Assembly (NCBI GenBank): GCA_049290235.1
Contig: JBATNG010000009.1
Location: forward strand, 185 to 64,184
Direction: 5' to 3'
Length of the DNA: 64,000 nt
Source of the DNA: Candidatus Moraniibacteriota bacterium
Lineage (GTDB): Bacteria; Patescibacteriota; Minisyncoccia; Moranbacterales; UBA1568
Shown piece by piece: positions 27,828-36,059 of this stretch. The notes under the pieces were generated by a model. It was not told the DNA's origin. It saw nothing but the letters and a program-made list of their open reading frames with translations, and ran no database searches. Each line of letters begins with the position of its first letter. The first letter of the stretch is position 1. The translations under genes and the position numbers were made by a program.

Positions 27828-27964
27828 TCATTGCACCAGTAAAAACAAATTTTACTGCGTACCATTTTATATCATAAAAATAGCGACATTGTCTAGGGGC
27901 GTATACACTCAGGAGTTTTGAATTATAGGAGCGTCTTTTAACAATTTTTTAAAGGGAGGGAAAT

Positions 27965-28774
27965 ATGAGTAAGAAGAAATTGGTGATCATCGCTGGTATC
28001 ACGGGAGCTGTCGGTACCGCCCTGCTGGAACAATTTGGAAGTTTGAGAAACACCGTCGTGCTTGGTATCAGTCGGCAAGCAAGGAGATCCGAAGCCTTTA
28101 TCAGCAATAAAACCGGAAAGCTATACGCATCGACCCTGATCTGTTCCTTACCCGAGATGAGTGAATCGAGCTGCGTGGCTTTTGTTTCCCTTATCGATTT
28201 TGAGCAGTTTTCTGATATTACCTACATTCACTGTGTCGGAACATATCTTTTCGAAATCGATCAGGAGGGGCACTTTATGGTTGCCAATGACTGTGATCAC
28301 GATGGAATAAACGATGAGTGTATGTTGTTGTCATACAATTATTTCCGTTGGATGACAGTGTCGCTTATCGTGCAAACAAAGACTCATCTCACGTGTGCGA
28401 TTTTTGCGGGACTCGCTGATCAGCATCGGCCACGGATCATCCAATCATGGTGGAGGAGCATGGCTCGAGTGAAAGAGTACATGAAAACTGTGGTGAACGA
28501 ACGGGTGGGTATGTTCATCTTCAATATCAGCTCGGTTCTCTGTCCGCATGAAATCATTACGCGGCCCTATGTCTTCGTGAACACTGAAGCGGATTCACGA
28601 ACCTGGCTTTCGCCTTACCAGCTAGCTACATCGGTTCGCCGTCAACTTCAGAACAACAAGGGAGGGTATCACGCAGCGGACATCTTCAACCCTTGGAACG
28701 GGTTCTATCCGGAGTTCTATTCGGATGAGCAGATGGTCCCGAGGCGACTGGCCGAAACACAAAGAAGGAAGTAG
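27965..28774 (+). CDS. Rossmann-fold NAD(P)-binding protein (SDR/NmrA-like), Cys-rich
   Basis: N-terminal KKLVIIAGITGAVGTALLEQF GxxGxxG dinucleotide-binding motif. Strong RBS AGGGAGGG 5 nt upstream of ATG. Confidence 0.55.
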   Translation: MSKKKLVIIAGITGAVGTALLEQFGSLRNTVVLGISRQARRSEAFISNKTGKLYASTLICSLPEMSESSCVAFVSLIDFEQFSDITYIHCVGTYLFEIDQEGHFMVANDCDHDGINDECMLLSYNYFRWMTVSLIVQTKTHLTCAIFAGLADQHRPRIIQSWWRSMARVKEYMKTVVNERVGMFIFNISSVLCPHEIITRPYVFVNTEADSRTWLSPYQLATSVRRQLQNNKGGYHAADIFNPWNGFYPEFYSDEQMVPRRLAETQRRK

Positions 28775-28834
28775 TCCATTTGTTCTTTTTTGAAACTGGC
28801 TGTTTGACCATAGTGTTGAACAGCCTTTCTTTCT

Positions 28835-29458
28835 TCAAATCATTTTCCCGTCAAGCTTTACCGCCCCTTGTCGGAGGATCTGGATTCCTTCGGGGGTCCA
28901 GCGGACCAGGGTCGATGGTGCACTTGTGAGTGTCCCCCCATCGATGTAGAGATCGACCTGATCGCCAAAGTATTTTCGGGCTTCTTCGATCGATGTGGAG
29001 GCTGGTTCACCAGCGATATTGGCCGAGGGGGCGATGAGTGGTCCGGTGTGTCTTAGTAGGTTGCGGAGCGGCTCGTCTGATGGTACACGGAAAGCGATTG
29101 ATCCGGTTCCGCGATGTAAATGGACCCAGCGCGCGGGATCAGTGGTCGGGAGGATGACACTGACTTTCCCCGGCCAGACCGAGGCGAGAAATGCTCTGGT
29201 TGATTCATCGGGATGGACTGAAAACTGCGTGAGCTCTTGCGTGTCACTGATGAGGATGATGACCGCCTTCTGCATATCACGCCGGTGCAATTGAAACACT
29301 TTCTCGACAGCCTCTGGTATGAGTGCGTTCGCCACGATGCCGTAAACCGTATCAGTTGGGAGTACTACCACCCCGCCCTCGCAGAGGGAGCGGATCGCCT
29401 CAGCGGTGTGAGATTGCTTTGTTGGGTCGGTGGTATGAGACATTGCGATGGTGTTCAT
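28835..29458 (-). CDS. tsaC: L-threonylcarbamoyladenylate synthase (YrdC/Sua5 family)
   Basis: YrdC-domain hallmark VVVLPTDTVYGIVANA, ...HRRDMQKAVIILIS..., ~207 aa single YrdC domain. Confidence 0.85.
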   Translation of the reverse strand: MNTIAMSHTTDPTKQSHTAEAIRSLCEGGVVVLPTDTVYGIVANALIPEAVEKVFQLHRRDMQKAVIILISDTQELTQFSVHPDESTRAFLASVWPGKVSVILPTTDPARWVHLHRGTGSIAFRVPSDEPLRNLLRHTGPLIAPSANIAGEPASTSIEEARKYFGDQVDLYIDGGTLTSAPSTLVRWTPEGIQILRQGAVKLDGKMI

Positions 29459-29535
29459 TGGACGACTTTTACCCTACCACTCATCGAGCTTTGTTGGAAG
29501 AGGCGGAGATTGGTATCTATCGCTATACTGGATCT

Positions 29536-30156
29536 ATGGAGAAAAAAAATTTCGGGCTGACGGAAAAGGAAGAGGCATTCATTCGGCGACTGTCGACGCC
29601 GGAGAAGATCCAGGATCATCTCGACACCCTCCCCTTCAATTTCGAAAAACAGGGACTGACGTTTTACTCGCCGCGCGTGGTCATACGTGAGGGCAAGGCA
29701 CATTGCATCGAAGCGGCGTGCCTGGCCGCGTTCGCGCTCTGGTACCATGGAGCCGAGCCTCTTATTCTTGATCTCAGATCACTCCGCTATGACTTCGACC
29801 ATGTCGTGACGCTCTTCCAGCGCAATGGCTACTGGGGTGCCCTCTCGAAAACGAATCACGGCGTCTTGCGCTACCGTGACCCGATCTATCGGACGGTGCG
29901 CGAACTTGCCCTGACCTACTTCCACGAATACTACTTGACGACTACGGGGCGGAAGACGCTTCGCGAGTATTCGCGGCCATTCGATCTGAAGCGTTTCGGA
30001 ACTGAGTGGGTGACGAGTGAAGACAGCCTCATCGATATCGCCGAAGCGCTCGACTTGTCACGACATCATCCGCTCGTGCCTCGCGTAAACGAGCGCCAAC
30101 TTCGTCTCGCATCAGCCATTGAGCGGCAGACTGGTTCAATTCCCGAATGGCGATAA
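29536..30156 (+). CDS. Transglutaminase-like (papain-fold) Cys-His protein, hypothetical
   Basis: GKAHCIEAACLAAFALWYHGAEPLILDL (G.C..A..L...L...G.P) followed by DFDHVVTLFQRNGYWGAL, which resembles the Cys...His...Asp core of transglutaminase-like domains. Start at the ATG at 29536, downstream of the ORF-track start that overlaps tsaC. Confidence 0.45.
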   Translation: MEKKNFGLTEKEEAFIRRLSTPEKIQDHLDTLPFNFEKQGLTFYSPRVVIREGKAHCIEAACLAAFALWYHGAEPLILDLRSLRYDFDHVVTLFQRNGYWGALSKTNHGVLRYRDPIYRTVRELALTYFHEYYLTTTGRKTLREYSRPFDLKRFGTEWVTSEDSLIDIAEALDLSRHHPLVPRVNERQLRLASAIERQTGSIPEWR

Positions 30157-30264
30157 GTGACGAGGGTACTGGTGTATCGCTCTTGTTGACTTCCAGCATC
30201 TTTCCGAGCAGTCGGTCAGCAATATCTGCACTCGTGAGCGCAGATATGTTACAATATACTTGCT

Positions 30265-30651
30265 ATGGAAGAACACCCATTTATTCGTCCCAAGGTTTGT
30301 GTCATCGATGACGATGCTGATTTGAGGGAGATCTATCTCCTCAACTTGAACCGCGAGAATTTAGATGCGGTTCTCGCGCGGGATGGTGAAGAAGGGATGC
30401 GTGCCATTCGCGAACATTTACCGGAGGCTATCATCCTTGACCTTCAAATGCCCAAGAAAGATGGGTTTGAGGTGTTGGCAGAGTTGGCGGCAGATACGAA
30501 ATTGCGGGATATCCCGGTCGTCATTCTTTCGAACGCGGATGATGAGGCTTCTTTCAAGAAGGTGGGTCAGTTCGAGACTCACTTCTACCTCGTGAAAGCA
30601 CTCACTACACCTCAAAAGGTAGTCAAAATTCTCAGAGAAGTGATGAAGTGA
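30265..30651 (+). CDS. Stand-alone response-regulator receiver (CheY-like REC) domain protein
   Basis: VCVIDDDADL (acidic pocket), ILDLQMPKKDGFEV (phospho-acceptor Asp), conserved Lys near the C-terminus. 128 aa, no output domain. Confidence 0.85.
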   Translation: MEEHPFIRPKVCVIDDDADLREIYLLNLNRENLDAVLARDGEEGMRAIREHLPEAIILDLQMPKKDGFEVLAELAADTKLRDIPVVILSNADDEASFKKVGQFETHFYLVKALTTPQKVVKILREVMK

Positions 30652-30670
30652 TCGAGATGTGTTCAGGAAT

Positions 30671-30692
30671 GCACCCGAAAGGGTGTTTTTTG
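30671..30692 (+). terminator. Rho-independent terminator after the REC gene
   Basis: GCACCC-GAAA-GGGTG followed by TTTTTTG. Confidence 0.6.
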
Positions 30693-30862
30693 TTGGTCCA
30701 AGCACTGTCTCGGTCCGGTAGCATCCACCGCTTTCGTTAGAAATCCGGCAACAATAACCACCGACTCTATTGGGGAGCTCACTGGTCCTAATGTAAAATA
30801 ATTGCCTGAATAAGCTATAGAGCGAGTAATTTGTCATATCTGAGCAAATTAAGCACTAACCA

Positions 30863-30891
30863 TTGACAGGAAAGCTGACATATGCTAATAT
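30863..30891 (+). promoter_or_regulatory. Sigma70-type promoter upstream of the 3D-domain gene
   Basis: TTGACA (30863-30868), 17-nt spacer, TAATAT (30886-30891). ~80-nt leader containing the hairpin GTCGC-ACTAAAA-GCGAC. Confidence 0.4.
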
Positions 30892-30976
30892 GTTCAGTCG
30901 CACTAAAAGCGACTTGGCCGGTACCAATCGATACATTCAGGCACATAACCGACCAGTTCATCTGTAATGACACCCT

Positions 30977-31519
30977 ATGCGGTCCGCAATTTGGACGCTC
31001 TCTCTCGTGGTTTTCTCTTTTGTGCTCAGTGCTCCATCAACATACGCCGCTTTGAATGAGGTGGCAGTACCTCGCTATGATATCGCCTCTGATCCCCTAC
31101 TCCTCATTTGGACCTTTGGGACGGAACAGGCAAAGCCGGCTGTGACCGCGACTGGTGAGCTGACAGCTGACGACAAAAAGCTCGCCCGTTGGAAGGAAAA
31201 ACAAGCTCACCTCTGGGCGAAGCTCGAGACCGGTAAACGCTTCACGATCAATGCCTCGGCCTATACAGCCGCGGCGGACGAATGTGGTAAGGATGACGGT
31301 ATCACGGCTTCTGGCTTGAAAGTGGCTGAGGGCCGAACCCTGGCTTGCCCGTCGAGCTACCCCTTTGGCGCCCGGATCGCGATCGAGGGCCTGGGAGAAT
31401 TCCGCTGTGAGGATCGCGGTGGCGCCATCAAGGGTAACCATATCGACATCTATATGGAGACCAAAGCACAAGCCTTCGCCTTTGGCCGCCAGCACCTCGA
31501 AGCCCAAATTATAGACTAA
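30977..31519 (+). CDS. Secreted 3D-domain protein (MltA/YabE/Rpf-associated cell-wall-binding/lytic fold)
   Basis: Signal peptide. TINASAYTAAADECGKDDGITASGLKVAEGRTLACPSSYPFGARIAIEGLGEFRCEDRGGAIKGNHIDIYM carries the three conserved Asp of the 3D domain. Confidence 0.75.
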   Translation: MRSAIWTLSLVVFSFVLSAPSTYAALNEVAVPRYDIASDPLLLIWTFGTEQAKPAVTATGELTADDKKLARWKEKQAHLWAKLETGKRFTINASAYTAAADECGKDDGITASGLKVAEGRTLACPSSYPFGARIAIEGLGEFRCEDRGGAIKGNHIDIYMETKAQAFAFGRQHLEAQIID

Positions 31520-31632
31520 CGGAGTGCGCTGGGGAGCTTTGGCTCCCCTCCTCCATAAAGCTCTCAAGTCGCAAGATTTTGAGGGCCTTACAGAGGATTC
31601 GTTCCTTCAACCAACCAGCCAAGGAGGCTGAC

Positions 31633-32130
31633 ATGATTGCTCAAACTACCAGTTCTTTTCGGTCGCTTGACCAAGGAGATGAACTCTGCACGCTCTCGGA
31701 CGCAAGGAAGCTCGCAGCCATCTTGCGTCAAGTGGACTCGCACACCGTTTGGGGATGCGTAATTCAGGAGGTGCTCCTGTTCGGCAGTGTGGCCCGCAAT
31801 TACGTGGGTGCCGATCTCGACTTGGTGCTTGTTGTTCCAGAAGATTGGTTCCAGGAATATGTAGACCTTGCGGGAGAGTGGTCTGGATATGGTGGCCAAA
31901 AGGTCGTGCACCACCGCGAAAGGCGCTTCCAGGCCGCCACCGATGCACTCTTGTTGTACGGCAACTACCAGGTTTCTGGTCCGACCGAGCTTGAGTGGAA
32001 CTCTCACTACATCGACCTTCACGTGTTTCCGACCGATTGGCGCAGCCGGCTGGCCGGGCTCCAAGTGCTCCTGTGTCATCATGATTCGAAGTTCATGGAG
32101 AACGTGGCTCGTGAGGCAATCCGCCTCTAA
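31633..32130 (+). CDS. Pol-beta-superfamily nucleotidyltransferase domain protein (stand-alone)
   Basis: LLFGSVARNYVGADLDLVLVVPE is the hG[GS]x9-13DxD minimal-NTase motif. Strong SD AAGGAGG 7 nt before the ATG at 31633 (the ORF-track ORF begins 18 codons upstream). No adjacent HEPN-like partner seen. Confidence 0.6.
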   Translation: MIAQTTSSFRSLDQGDELCTLSDARKLAAILRQVDSHTVWGCVIQEVLLFGSVARNYVGADLDLVLVVPEDWFQEYVDLAGEWSGYGGQKVVHHRERRFQAATDALLLYGNYQVSGPTELEWNSHYIDLHVFPTDWRSRLAGLQVLLCHHDSKFMENVAREAIRL

Positions 32131-32236
32131 GGAAGCAGGAAGTTGTTCTCGTACAGGCGCGCCCGGACTCCGGAGCGTGCCAATTTTTTTGATTGACTCC
32201 CCCCATCCCCTTTGCTAGGCTGCCAATGTTCCAATC

Positions 32237-32307
32237 GGCCAGATGTCCGAGCGGTTAGGAAGAGGTCTGCAAAACCTCGTACAGGAGTTCGACTCTCCTT
32301 CTGGCCT
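32237..32307 (+). tRNA. tRNA-Cys (GCA)
   Basis: Cloverleaf read by hand: acceptor GGCCAGA/TCTGGCC, anticodon stem GAGGT/ACCTC with loop CTGCAAA (GCA), T-arm AGGAG-TTCGACT-CTCCT, discriminator U. CCA not encoded. Confidence 0.85.
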
Positions 32308-32469
32308 CAGTCATGTTTAGACGCAGCGGTTCCCTGCCCGTCCCCGCCTGTAACGCTGCAGCACGGCGGGTAAGTCTGGAGAGAACTTTGCTTCGGGCCT
32401 CCTGTAACCACACTGATCCGCTCATTTTCCCTGTAGGGTATAATGAAGGGGCTGCAGTTCGGATTGTTT

Positions 32470-32552
32470 GCCGCGGTGGCGGAATGGTATACGCAGCGGA
32501 CTTAAAATCCGCGGGCTTCACGGCCATGAGAGTTCGAGTCTCTCCCGCGGCA
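32470..32552 (+). tRNA. tRNA-Leu (UAA), class II with long variable arm
   Basis: Acceptor GCCGCGG/CCGCGGC (7 bp), D-stem GCG/CGC, anticodon stem GCGGA/TCCGC with loop CTTAAAA (UAA), 15-nt variable arm, T-arm GAGAG-TTCGAGT-CTCTC, discriminator A. Closely resembles E. coli tRNA-Leu. TATAAT hexamer ~20 nt upstream. Confidence 0.9.
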
Positions 32553-32567
32553 CAAGAAAAAATATCT

Positions 32568-33674
32568 ATGGGTATTGCTGCTTTTCTCATCGTCATTCAG
32601 TCGGTTATCACTTTTGTTCATTGGGTCGTCTGGCGGGTGCTCGACAACTATTGGCCACTTGTTGGGCAATTTCGCACCGTCGTTTTCACCCTTATTATCG
32701 CGCTTTCATTTTCGTTCCTGATCTCCAATATCCTGACCCGGCTCGCTTCGGGAGACGTGACGCGCACTGTTTATTTCTACGCTGCGATGTGGCTTGGGAC
32801 GGTGCATTTCTTATTTCTTGCCGCTGTTGTGCTTTCTCTCTTATCATTGATCGTCGATTCGCTCGGCGGCGCAGTCTCGCCCTGGATCGCATTTATTTTT
32901 TTCATGGGGGCGCTTGGATTGAACGGTTTCGCCCTCTGGAATGGGTTTCAAGTTCACCCGAAGCACTTCACGGTCGTGCTCCCCAATCTCCCGGACCAGT
33001 GGGTTGGTAAAAAGGTGGCCTTCTTTGCGGATTCGCATTTTGGAAATATCCACCGGTCAGGAACTGCCGAAGATATTGCCCAGCTAATTGGGGCCGAGAG
33101 TCCTGCGCTCATCCTGATGGGTGGCGATTATTTTGATGGGCCGCCAATTGACGCTGAACTCGTGACCGCGCCGCTCAAGTCACTGACTGCGCATATCCCC
33201 AGCTATTTTGTCTCAGGTAATCATGAAGAATATGGTGACACGGTTGGTTTCCTTCAATCGCTCGAATCCGCCGGCTTCCACATCATCAATGATAAGCGCG
33301 TGATTGAGGACGGCCTCCAGATTGTTGGACTAGACTTTGTCACGACGCGGACACCCGAGGCGACGGAGATGGTGATGATGCACCTCATGGTGAATCATGA
33401 TCTGCCGACCATCGTCTTGAAGCATGTGCCACGCAATATCGGGCAACTCGTCGATGGTGGCGCGGACCTGACTCTGCACGGACACACGCATGAGGGTCAG
33501 ATGTGGCCCTTCAGCTGGGTGACGTGGCTTGTTTATCATGGCTATGATTTTGGCCTGAAGCCATACGGTGATGCTCTCGTGTACACGACGAGCGGCGCGG
33601 GCAGCTGGGGCCCGCCGCAGCGCTTTGGTACAGCGGCCGAAGTAGTCTTCTTCACGCTCGAGCGAAAAGAATAA
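32568..33674 (+). CDS. Membrane-anchored calcineurin-like metallophosphoesterase
   Basis: N-terminal multi-TM region. Metallophosphatase motifs ADSHFG, LMGGDYFDG (GDxxD), VSGNHEEY (GNHE), GHTHEGQ (GHxH). ORF-track ORF 32313..33674 runs through tRNA-Leu, so the start was reset to the ATG at 32568. Confidence 0.8.
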   Translation: MGIAAFLIVIQSVITFVHWVVWRVLDNYWPLVGQFRTVVFTLIIALSFSFLISNILTRLASGDVTRTVYFYAAMWLGTVHFLFLAAVVLSLLSLIVDSLGGAVSPWIAFIFFMGALGLNGFALWNGFQVHPKHFTVVLPNLPDQWVGKKVAFFADSHFGNIHRSGTAEDIAQLIGAESPALILMGGDYFDGPPIDAELVTAPLKSLTAHIPSYFVSGNHEEYGDTVGFLQSLESAGFHIINDKRVIEDGLQIVGLDFVTTRTPEATEMVMMHLMVNHDLPTIVLKHVPRNIGQLVDGGADLTLHGHTHEGQMWPFSWVTWLVYHGYDFGLKPYGDALVYTTSGAGSWGPPQRFGTAAEVVFFTLERKE

Positions 33675-33700
33675 TTCGGAAAATATATCTCGTCCAGACC

Positions 33701-33728
33701 CCCCGGACTTCATCCGGAGTTTTTTTAT
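33701..33728 (+). terminator. Terminator-like hairpin plus T-run between convergent genes
   Basis: CCGGA-CTTCA-TCCGG followed by AGTTTTTTTATTTG. Confidence 0.4.
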
Positions 33729-34312
33729 TTGTTCTCAGCTTGCAGTTTTTTGACGACCGTGGGTATCTTTTTGAAGTCTTCAATCAGAGTTTGCCGCATG
33801 CCGCCGTTGTACAACGCCGCTGCTGGATGGTACAGCACAAAAAATACTTGCGGACCGATGTCAGGAAAAGATCGTCGGAACGCCTGGCCGTGGACTTCGG
33901 ATATCTTTTTACCCGGTATGAAGTGTTCCATTGCATGACGGCCGAGTGTCACGATGATTTTCGGTTGGATAATTCGGATCTGCTCGTGAAGCCAGGGCAT
34001 ACAAGCAGCGATCTCCTCTGGTAAAGGGTCACGATTTTCTGGCGGGCGATACTTCACGACATTGGTGATATAGATATCTTGGCGTTCAAGCCCGATGGTC
34101 GCGAGCATTTCATTCAAAAACTTTCCGGCGGCTCCGACAAAGGGTATCCCCTGGATGTCCTCATTCTTTCCAGGTGCCTCACCGACGAACATGATATCAG
34201 CGGCAGCACTTCCATCTCCGGGCACAGCTTGTGTCGCTGAATCACGAAGGGAACAAGGGCACTCCAGAATCATCCGGGCATTAAGTACTTTTAGGGCCGC
34301 CTCGCTTTCCAT
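33725..34312 (-). CDS. Uracil-DNA glycosylase, family 4 (Fe-S cluster type)
   Basis: Motif A GEAPG (FVGEAPGKNEDIQGIPFVGAAG), CPC Fe-S ligands near the N-terminus, HPAAALY motif near the C-terminus. 195 aa. Confidence 0.85.
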   Translation of the reverse strand: MESEAALKVLNARMILECPCSLRDSATQAVPGDGSAAADIMFVGEAPGKNEDIQGIPFVGAAGKFLNEMLATIGLERQDIYITNVVKYRPPENRDPLPEEIAACMPWLHEQIRIIQPKIIVTLGRHAMEHFIPGKKISEVHGQAFRRSFPDIGPQVFFVLYHPAAALYNGGMRQTLIEDFKKIPTVVKKLQAENK

Positions 34313-34426
34313 AGGTTGATTTCAATACTCGTGAATAAAGTAGAAGGAACAAATGTTTTACCGGGATTGGATTCTACAAAGAGAATGTCTTGCTCATCTT
34401 TCGCTTTGATAACGTAACCCCAATTA

Positions 34427-35398
34427 CTACGCGACGTGCCAGCCGGCAGTCGACTCAACGATCTTTCCTTTCAATTCAAACCCACTGGCGAGTTTATGAC
34501 CGCCGCCGCCGAGGGTGTGGGCGATCGCTGAGACATCGACGCCGTGGTGTTCCGAGGCGCGCAGGCTGCCACGGACGGTCGACTCATCACGTTCCGAAAG
34601 GACGAGCGCAAAACGGGCTTCTGGTACCGTGGAGAGAATTGAAGCGACTTGGTAGACATCATCCGATGTTGCTTCGCATTCGTTGATATCAGAACGCGTG
34701 ACCGCAGTGACGAGCAGTCCTGACTCAGGAATAAACTTTGCCTTCTCAAACGCGATGCCCCAGAGTTTCATCGCCGAAATGTTTTTATTGGCAAAAATCG
34801 TGTTGGAAATTTTTGTTAGCGGCGCACCAAGTTTCATGAGATGCGAGGCGATATCCATTACCTGTGGCGATACAGAGGAGTGCTGGAAATTGCCAGTATC
34901 AAAAAGGATGCCAGTGAGGAGCGCGGTGGCCATCTCTTTGGTGATGTGGGCCTGAGTATGCATGAAGAACAAATATACGAGCTCGCTTGACGACGAATAC
35001 TTCGGATCGATCATGACGATGTCTGCCGTGAGGTCGATATCGGGATGGTGGTCGATAAGGACGGTGACCTGGCGCTCTTCGAGACGATCGCACAACAAGT
35101 GGAACCCACGGTCGACACTATCCGCTGCGACGATCACATCAAACGATACGAGGTCAAGCTGATCGGGATGAAAGAAATCAGCATGAAACAGCGAATTCAA
35201 ATTGTCAGGAAAGGGATCATAGCAAGCGATTGAGACCTGCTTCCCCTGCCCTTCCAAATAGTATTTCAAAGCGAGATTGGCACCGACAGTATCGGGGTCG
35301 GGTCGTTTATGGGCAACGAGCAAAATCTTCTCCGCTCGCTCAAAGACAAAGCGCAGAGATTTAAATTCTTTCCCGAAATAGCGCATAGAGTTGATCAA
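34427..35398 (-). CDS. nrnA: DHH-family phosphoesterase (NrnA-like bifunctional oligoribonuclease/pAp phosphatase)
   Basis: DHH motifs HKRPDPDTVGA ... IDHHPD. DHHA1 C-terminal GGGGH motif (HTLGGGGHKLASG). 323 aa. Confidence 0.85.
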   Translation of the reverse strand: MINSMRYFGKEFKSLRFVFERAEKILLVAHKRPDPDTVGANLALKYYLEGQGKQVSIACYDPFPDNLNSLFHADFFHPDQLDLVSFDVIVAADSVDRGFHLLCDRLEERQVTVLIDHHPDIDLTADIVMIDPKYSSSSELVYLFFMHTQAHITKEMATALLTGILFDTGNFQHSSVSPQVMDIASHLMKLGAPLTKISNTIFANKNISAMKLWGIAFEKAKFIPESGLLVTAVTRSDINECEATSDDVYQVASILSTVPEARFALVLSERDESTVRGSLRASEHHGVDVSAIAHTLGGGGHKLASGFELKGKIVESTAGWHVA

Positions 35399-35739
35399 GA
35401 ATGTGTATCTTGAATGGATTTGAGTAATCGTTCGACCTCGTCGGCCTTTTCCTCAGTTGTGTCTAACTCAAAAACGAGTTTCGGTAGTGGGCGGGTTGAA
35501 AGCTTCTGATGAAAAAGCCATTCGACTCGGCGATGTTCGTGCTGAAGGGTTTTCATGACGTAGTGACGATCATCAGGGGGCAGAACACTGAGCGACACAT
35601 GAGTTGAACGAAGATTCCGTGCGGTATCGACTTTTGCAATTGTGACAATGACACCAGTTTTCAGCGAAACTTCACGTGTCAAAATTAATCCGAGGATATC
35701 TCGAATCAGATCGTTCAGTTGAGTAATTCTATCGTGCAT
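35395..35739 (-). CDS. rbfA: Ribosome-binding factor A
   Basis: KH-like RbfA sequence (RITQLNDLIRDILGLIL...VSLKTGVIVTIAKVDTARNLRSTHVSLSVL). 114 aa. Overlaps the nrnA start by 4 nt. Confidence 0.85.
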   Translation of the reverse strand: MHDRITQLNDLIRDILGLILTREVSLKTGVIVTIAKVDTARNLRSTHVSLSVLPPDDRHYVMKTLQHEHRRVEWLFHQKLSTRPLPKLVFELDTTEEKADEVERLLKSIQDTHS

Positions 35740-35741
35740 AG

Positions 35742-35813
35742 TGCCCCCACCAGGAATCGGACCTAGATCTCTCCCTTAGGACGGGATAGCTCTATCCATT
35801 GAGCTACAGGGGC
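35742..35813 (-). tRNA. tRNA-Arg (CCU)
   Basis: Minus-strand cloverleaf: acceptor GCCCCTG/TGGGGGC (two G-U), D-arm GCTC-AATGGATA-GAGC, anticodon stem with loop GTCCTAA (CCU), T-arm CTAGG-TCCGATT-CCTGG, discriminator A. 3' end abuts the rbfA start codon. G32 and C55 are slightly unusual. Confidence 0.6.
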
Positions 35814-35926
35814 AACCAACTACTCTAATGGAAAATGACTCCCCTGGCAAGAAAAATCCATTGTATCAGTAAAACTGTGGATAACCTGAGGATAAGTATG
35901 AGATAGGCTCTTGTGAAAGCCTCGGC

Positions 35927-36001
35927 GGTGGACCATACCGGATTCGAACCGGTCACCCCTTCCATGCCATGGAAGTGCTCTACCAAATGAGCTAATGGCC
36001 C
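35927..36001 (-). tRNA. tRNA-Ala (GGC)
   Basis: GGGCCATTAGCTCATTTGGTAGAGCACTTCCATGGCATGGAAGGGGTGACCGGTTCGAATCCGGTATGGTCCACC. G3-U70 wobble pair, anticodon loop ATGGCAT (GGC), canonical D- and T-arms, discriminator A, CC encoded. Confidence 0.9.
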
Positions 36002-36059
36002 TTCACTGCGCAATGTCACATAGTACCTTACAATCATATCGATATATTTTGATTCGTCA

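Noticed and set aside
30897-30976. c-di-AMP (ydaO) riboswitch upstream of the 3D-domain gene
   Set aside because: The context (cell-wall hydrolase gene) is suggestive, but the leader is only ~80 nt and lacks recognisable ydaO conserved segments.
32313-32567. Upstream extension of ORF 32313..33674
   Set aside because: It runs through tRNA-Leu (32470-32552), so it cannot be coding.
36003-36020. att-like partial copy of the tRNA-Val anticodon arm at the far end of the low-GC segment
   Set aside because: Only TTCAC and CAATGTCAC sub-words are shared, they are not contiguous, and there is no integrase. Too weak to call an attachment site.
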